Assembly: GCA_946965045.2 (NCBI GenBank)
Contig: OX337236.1
Span: 1,984,001 to 2,048,000 of the forward strand
Reading direction: 5' to 3'
Source: Epithemia pelagica
Taxonomy: Eukaryota > Protista > Bacillariophyta
DNA length: 64,000 nt
Shown here: positions 58,373 through 64,000 of the stretch, piece by piece
How the letters are laid out: each line of letters opens with the position of its first letter
Position numbering within the stretch: position 1 is the first letter of the stretch
The notes under the pieces: model-generated
What the model was told of the DNA's origin: nothing
Databases searched by the model: none
Seen by the model: the letters and a program-made list of their open reading frames with translations, nothing else
Translations under genes and position numbers: made by a program

Positions 58373-59086
58373 TCATCGACGAAAAGTAAATAGCGAAGCG
58401 TTCATGGTGCTCATGTCGTCCTGCTGTTGAAACAAACAAGTTTCATTCAATAAAAAGTGGAAATCTTCTTTGGTCCAGACAAATGACGATGATTCGGACT
58501 CATCCATCGGTTCTAGATCAATGTTTGTGAGACGTGGAAGATCAGAAATTTTCATGTTGCTTGAACTGGTTTTTCGTTCGGGAGATGACGATGAGCAAGT
58601 GGGGACGGGTTCCATAGTGTCTCGATCACTGTTGTCCAAGACACCAGTGCTCTCATCAGAGCTACTGTCTGAATCGGCGTTGTACGATTCCTTTTGAGTC
58701 TTACGGATCAAACTTGCTTTTTTCTTCTTGTCGGCCTTGAGAGCTTGCTTTTTCTCTCGCTGAATGGCGAAGCGAATGGCGTGTCCAACCTTTTCTCGGG
58801 CAACAAAGCCGTCAACTTCTTCCCATGAAGCCGTCTCTTCGCTGAATTTTACAAATCGGATGTTGTGGATCATTTGAAGTTCATCCACAATCATCTTTGT
58901 AATGTTCATTTTCTCCAGTTTGCTGGTAGCACGCTTGTAGGTTGGAAGCATCTTTTCTATATGCGCTCGGAAAAAGCAATTTCCGGGATGATTTAGCAAA
59001 GTTTTATCCTTTGTACACAACACGTCATTGTCTTGAAGTTCCAGTTGTCTAAGAGCAGGTTGCGAGTTGGTCATATCAAGCTTCAT
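58373..59086 (-). CDS. DUF6824-family protein
   Basis: DVLC...HPGN..FR.......Y......EK..I...IV......RF.......W.......AREKVGHAIR consensus of this diatom-expanded family. Confidence 0.8.
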   Translation of the reverse strand: MKLDMTNSQPALRQLELQDNDVLCTKDKTLLNHPGNCFFRAHIEKMLPTYKRATSKLEKMNITKMIVDELQMIHNIRFVKFSEETASWEEVDGFVAREKVGHAIRFAIQREKKQALKADKKKKASLIRKTQKESYNADSDSSSDESTGVLDNSDRDTMEPVPTCSSSSPERKTSSSNMKISDLPRLTNIDLEPMDESESSSFVWTKEDFHFLLNETCLFQQQDDMSTMNASLFTFRR

Positions 59087-59578
59087 CTCGTCAATGGACT
59101 GAATTTTGTGGGCTGGTTCGACGTAAGAGTTTGCGTTTTTCGAGTTTTGTGATCGGATCGACGATCGTCGCTCGATCGTTCGAAATTCGATGCTACTCCT
59201 GGGGGGTACTATTTTCCGGAGATTGAGACATGGATAATGGAAAATGCTATGTGCTACTTTTGCTGCTTTTAGGTTTTAGGTGTACTCCTCTAGTTTGTAG
59301 TGCTGCGTCTATGCTGGATTCAAGCGGAACTATCGAACATCGTAAGGTTCGTCTCTTGATAGGCCTGAAGTTGAGTTCAACATGGCAAAGAGACCTACAA
59401 TTAATTGTATTAACGCTTGTTAACGTCTTGAAGCAGAATCCGAACTTAATGGAGACACAAAGACCGCGACGACGTTGTATTACAGCTATGTACTGTACCA
59501 CAGGCATAGATATGGTTAACGTCTTGTAACGTATGTTTAGCTTCCGAGTTCCATGCAGTTTTGGCGCAGTTTGAGACC

Positions 59579-60696
59579 TTACCCCCAAGCAGGGGTGAAT
59601 AGTAGGGTCGCACATGTGTCGTGAATTCGAGGTGCATAGTCTTATTCACCCCCACGGCGCGAGGGTCCAAAATTGGCGATTTCTCGACTTTGACACAAAC
59701 CACCAAAACACACCACACATTCACCACGGAGCCAATCTTGAGAGTGTCATAACATCACCCATGAACGTTCAATCCTTCACCCAAGATGACCAACATGTCT
59801 CCCTTACCCCACCGGACCATCGTGAACCTGCGGTTGCCTCCGAAACCCGCCGCAACAAGTCTCTCCATGGTCTGCATACCACCACCAAGAACAACCACAC
59901 CAACGAGACAGATGACCGTCCTTTCCATCCATCCATGCAAGCTCTCCTTTTGATCCAACCATCCGCAAGCCTCCCTTGCACCTCCACAGACCAAATGGAA
60001 GCTTCGCATTTGCTCGAAACCACAATCAACCAGGCTTTTTCCGATTACAACGGCAAGACGACTCGTGCTTGGGGATTGTCTATTTGTTTGCTTATCACTA
60101 TCCATGTCATAAACTATGGTTGATTGTTGTGTTGTTGTCTTCGTCTTTGGGGAAGTTAGATGCAACAAACAAGAGGTGATTGCTGTGTGATCTTGGTGCT
60201 TCGTATCTTTGAGCTTAATTTGTGTTGTTGTGTGTGGAGAGCGAAGACCCCAATGTTGTTGTTGTTGTCGAGTGCTGAGGGCCTTGTTTTCCATGGGATA
60301 AAGATAGGCCGATGGAATCAACGAAGGAAGGAGAGAAAGGAAGAGGGGGAACATCGTCGATGCCTGATAGAAAGGAATAATGGGTGAGAAGAAGGTTGTT
60401 TTGGGCGATGCTTCTGTTGCTGCCTACCATGGACCTTGGTAAGCCAATGTCAACCTTTCCGCACCACCATCGAGTCATACAGTCCACATGCGCCTTGTTT
60501 TGGATGATGGTGGCCTTTGGGCAGGGATGATGGGCCATGGACGATCGCATCACCTCCAGTGCCGTGGTGAATGCGCAAAGTGGTTGCGAGGTTTGTGTCA
60601 AAGTCGAGAGCGGAAGGGACGCGTCGTTACCCCCCAGCAGGGGCGACCGGTCAGTCGCACCTAGTGTTGCATTCCCTTACTCACCCCCACGGCGCG
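59579..60696 (+). repeat. Pair of imperfect direct repeats (about 59579-59661 and 60627-60696)
   Basis: Both read TTACCCCC(A/C)AGCAGGGG...GTCGCAC...CTTA.TCACCCCCACGGCGCG. Confidence 0.75.
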
Positions 60697-60797
60697 TCCT
60701 GGGGCTCTCGAGGTTGATACAAATTTCCAAACAGCACATCTTTTTCCCACCATTCAACACGGTGGCCGAGGTGCAGGGTCTCATATCAACCTCCAAG

Positions 60798-63700
60798 ATG
60801 TCGACATCCTCCCACAAGCGCCACCGTCTTTCTCAACAGAAGGCAAGGAAAGCTTATGGGGCTCAAGGCGTCGATCCAACATCCCCACCGGCGTCTGAGA
60901 GAGTCGAGAGAACCACCGAAATCGCCAAAAATCAAGACAACTCCAATCCAAACCCAAACCTTTCAAGTGCCAGTGAAAACGCGTTTCCTTTACCATGCAC
61001 CGACTCTACTGCCGGCGACAACATCAATGCGACGTTAGGGGTTCCTCCTCCCCCATATGAAACTCCGATGGCAAACAACCCGACACTGGGACAAGCTGCT
61101 TCAACACAAGAAAATTCAGAAGAACAACAAGGCTTTCTTGACAGTGCCGCCGCCAGTTCCCTTTCGACAATACCCTCCCAACCGTCCCTACCCGTCCACC
61201 GTCTTCAATTTTCGTACCATCACACCCCTTCTTCCAACGGCAGTGGCAACAATCCCTCTCCCAGTAATCCTCCACCAACAAACCCTGTCACCAAGTCCCT
61301 TGCTTTCAATCTGTTGCATCGACGCCATTCTTTCGGCAATGTTGAATTTGGAACTCAATCCTCACCAGCTAAACCCCTCAACCTCCAAGTGGCTCCCGAG
61401 GATCAACCTTCATCCAATCTCGAAACAGCAAGCCAGCGACAGCAAGAAGCGGCAACAACGACCCATGACGAAGCAAACAATCCTCCATCAACAACAAACA
61501 ATAACGAAGCAGGCCCCCATGCTTCCCAATACACTGTTGCGACTGCTGTGGCCCCGCCCACTGATCCCTCCTCTGACCGTCGTAGTGGTCCCATAGTAAC
61601 CCGCCGTCCTACAAGTCAAAGGGATTTTCCCAACTTAAAAGTGAAAGTGCAGAAAGTTACAGAAGGGTCATATCTGGTTCGCCTTTGGCGTCAGCCACCC
61701 CTCCCATGCATCAACCCTGGCAATTCTGCCTCGCAACACCCACGGTTGGTTATTGTGTCTCCAAACCCCAGCACCACTTCGCCCCTCACTTTAGCATCGA
61801 ACCATTGTTCACAATTAATGCGACAAGCGAAAAATTTTACGGCTGGTGTTTCTCGGTCCAGCAACGGAACAACCAAACAGCGCCGCTACAACAAACAACC
61901 CTCCAAACGGAAACACGCGGAGACCTTGTCGGTGTCTACGGAAGCTGCCTCTGCCTCGTCCACTCATACCAGTCCTCCCGCCCGAAACGAAAGCAATACA
62001 TTGCAAGTCGTCACGTCGTTTGCACTGCGTACCCTTCTACTGGAAGATATGTGGTTTCTTGAAGAAGGAACAGCCGTGGTTTTTTTCGACGAATCACTTC
62101 TTCCACCGCGGTATGGGAAAGAGTGGTTGGAGACATGGCGTGATACTGCGCAGTCCAAATTCCTCCCTACGGTTCTGTTCCAAGGCCGCCCGTACAAGCA
62201 GGTAACAGGGTGGGTCCATCGAAATAGCGATACTGAACATGTCATAGGCGACCATGTTTATCGACATTTGTTTCAGGCCATGTCAGAGCATGGACAGCGG
62301 GGCATACTTATCAAGTGTCCCATTTTCTCTGCTATTGACTGCAACATCTCCTTCCCTCCGACCAATTTCTTGCAACAGCAACTTCCATGGTTTCTCGTCT
62401 ACAATTATCCAAATGGGATATTTGTCCAGGCGGACTATCATCCGGAGCGCAATTGGCTTGCCATTTTCAAGAAGCTCAATGCCGAGAACAACGACAGACT
62501 TACCCTTTTCCATCGTGTTTTACAAGAGAGCCCAGGCGACCGATATATCATGTCGGAACTCAGGAGCGTTTGGGAGCGCTTCCAACTCCAACAGCAAGCC
62601 AATGCGCAGAAAGTGGAATATGAGAAAAAAATGTCAGACGCTCTGGCTCAAGCCAATCAAAAGCATACAGTCCTCCCTCCACCCATCATTGAGCCCAGTA
62701 AAGCCTTTAAAAAGTACTGTGCGATGGTCGATACGAGAGTGACGGAACAATTAGAGCATTGCTTTGGGAAATTCAACAACATCTTCGAGAAATTTCTCTC
62801 GGAGCATGAGATGAGGCAACTAGCGAATGAGCTGGAACAACGACTACCACAACAATTCAATGCCATAATGGGATACAGTGGATACGCGAGGAAAATTGAA
62901 GAGGCTCCCGAGGATGAACGAGCAATGCTCCGGAAAAGGTACAGCTTGGACGTGTTCTTCCAGTTTGTTGTGCAAGCACGCAAACACAACAATCATCTCC
63001 TTGTTCCTTTTGGAATTGTTTTTGCCTTGGCCCAGTATGCATGTGGGCATGGCATGTTGGCCACACAGATTCCGGTTTGGTTTGGACTTTCAGTGTCCAA
63101 GCGAACCATGGAACGAAGGGTTGCAGAATGTATCAACAGCTACGACACAAAGGTACAGCAATCAATAAGGAATGTGACCCATCTTCTCTGCGTATTCGAC
63201 AATTTGCAAGACGGTCGATTGCTACAGTTTCAGCGGGGTCAAAGTGCTATATATACACGCGTGACTGCCCGCTTCGTGATGGCCATGTATCTTGAACGGC
63301 TACCTACGTGGGTTTATTCCTTCCTCGCGAGACCCGAACTGACGTACATCCAACAGGCAATACCGTCGCCCTACCATTTGCCAGCCTTCGAACGTAGCAA
63401 GGACTGTAGTATTGGTGCTACCTTACGATCTGTTTTTGACGGTACATACATCTCCGATATTGAACAAACTGGAAATGCGTTTGATTGTTCAGGAAGCCGC
63501 GTGCGATCTTACGTTCAACTCATTGGCCTATGTCAACAACTACAGTGCCTCAAGCGCTTTCTGTCGACGAGGCGAAAGCCCGACAAGGGCACTGATTACA
63601 CTCTACAACCTGTCAAATTTGCAATCGACAAAAAGAGGGCACTAGTATGCAAGGCAATGAATGGTTTGCGAAAAAAGCGAGACACCAATATTTATTCCGT

Positions 63701-64000
63701 TGCACGGCAGTTCCCATCTAAATTGGTTCGGTTGTGGCGTCATATCCCTCCAGTGGCCGAGTTATTGATACTTCCTGTCTCAGTCCTAGATGAAACAACT
63801 AAGATTGGCGTATCTGGGATTATTCTGGACTTCATGGTGACCCATGGTCTCCTTGTATGGGATGCCGGTAAGAGTGTGTACAAGCCTGGTGCCGATTGGG
63901 AGACAAAATGGCTCTTTGTGGTGGGAGATGGACTCTCGATAGAGCGCATGTTTCAGTTCTTTGATGACGTTATGAGCATCATTGATTCAAAGAAGATGTC
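60798..64000 (+). CDS. Large ORF open to window end (>1067 aa), DUF6589-like putative DDE transposase
   Basis: Manual translation from ATG 60798 shows no stop. Low-complexity N-terminus, then LCVFDNLQ, VLDETTKIGVSGIIL and WLFVVGDGLSIERM (GDQLT..R-like). Not in the supplied ORF track because it lacks a stop. Confidence 0.7.
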   Translation, partial: MSTSSHKRHRLSQQKARKAYGAQGVDPTSPPASERVERTTEIAKNQDNSNPNPNLSSASENAFPLPCTDSTAGDNINATLGVPPPPYETPMANNPTLGQAASTQENSEEQQGFLDSAAASSLSTIPSQPSLPVHRLQFSYHHTPSSNGSGNNPSPSNPPPTNPVTKSLAFNLLHRRHSFGNVEFGTQSSPAKPLNLQVAPEDQPSSNLETASQRQQEAATTTHDEANNPPSTTNNNEAGPHASQYTVATAVAPPTDPSSDRRSGPIVTRRPTSQRDFPNLKVKVQKVTEGSYLVRLWRQPPLPCINPGNSASQHPRLVIVSPNPSTTSPLTLASNHCSQLMRQAKNFTAGVSRSSNGTTKQRRYNKQPSKRKHAETLSVSTEAASASSTHTSPPARNESNTLQVVTSFALRTLLLEDMWFLEEGTAVVFFDESLLPPRYGKEWLETWRDTAQSKFLPTVLFQGRPYKQVTGWVHRNSDTEHVIGDHVYRHLFQAMSEHGQRGILIKCPIFSAIDCNISFPPTNFLQQQLPWFLVYNYPNGIFVQADYHPERNWLAIFKKLNAENNDRLTLFHRVLQESPGDRYIMSELRSVWERFQLQQQANAQKVEYEKKMSDALAQANQKHTVLPPPIIEPSKAFKKYCAMVDTRVTEQLEHCFGKFNNIFEKFLSEHEMRQLANELEQRLPQQFNAIMGYSGYARKIEEAPEDERAMLRKRYSLDVFFQFVVQARKHNNHLLVPFGIVFALAQYACGHGMLATQIPVWFGLSVSKRTMERRVAECINSYDTKVQQSIRNVTHLLCVFDNLQDGRLLQFQRGQSAIYTRVTARFVMAMYLERLPTWVYSFLARPELTYIQQAIPSPYHLPAFERSKDCSIGATLRSVFDGTYISDIEQTGNAFDCSGSRVRSYVQLIGLCQQLQCLKRFLSTRRKPDKGTDYTLQPVKFAIDKKRALVCKAMNGLRKKRDTNIYSVARQFPSKLVRLWRHIPPVAELLILPVSVLDETTKIGVSGIILDFMVTHGLLVWDAGKSVYKPGADWETKWLFVVGDGLSIERMFQFFDDVMSIIDSKKM

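Noticed and set aside
59614-60601. ORFs between the two direct repeats
   Set aside because: Low-complexity, overlapping on both strands, with no motif.
1-64000. CRISPR array, rRNA, or Fanzor/TnpB-like RuvC nuclease
   Set aside because: No regularly spaced repeat-spacer array, rRNA-like sequence or RuvC/zinc-ribbon motif set was seen.

Overview
Eukaryotic nuclear DNA, most consistent with a pennate diatom (inference from short GT-AG introns, bipartite signal+ASAF-like plastid presequences, DUF6824 and CoDi-type copia). About 3-30 kb is gene-dense housekeeping and plastid-protein sequence: SNM1, ATG1, ARP4, tRNA-Phe, RPAP1, agmatine deiminase, POR, a ferredoxin-like protein, a HAD hydrolase and a fused ViaA-RavA-like VWA/AAA+ protein. 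From 30.6 to 45 kb, an inverted duplicate pair of fucosyltransferase-like genes (one pseudogenised) encloses a TE nest. The nest holds a decayed Crypton tyrosine-recombinase ORF, a 212-nt rod-like hairpin, two TA-TSD MITEs and a full-length copia LTR element with an unusual tRNA-iMet D-arm PBS and an in-frame UGA-CGG gag/pol junction. At 51.4-55.3 kb, an intact TTAA piggyBac carries a second, convergent ORF resembling the P2X7 'ballast'/KolX domain and splits an HNH-like gene. The window ends in a >1067-codon ORF missing from the ORF track that looks like a DUF6589 (Academ-like) transposase. All family assignments are from motif recognition by eye; no searches were run.
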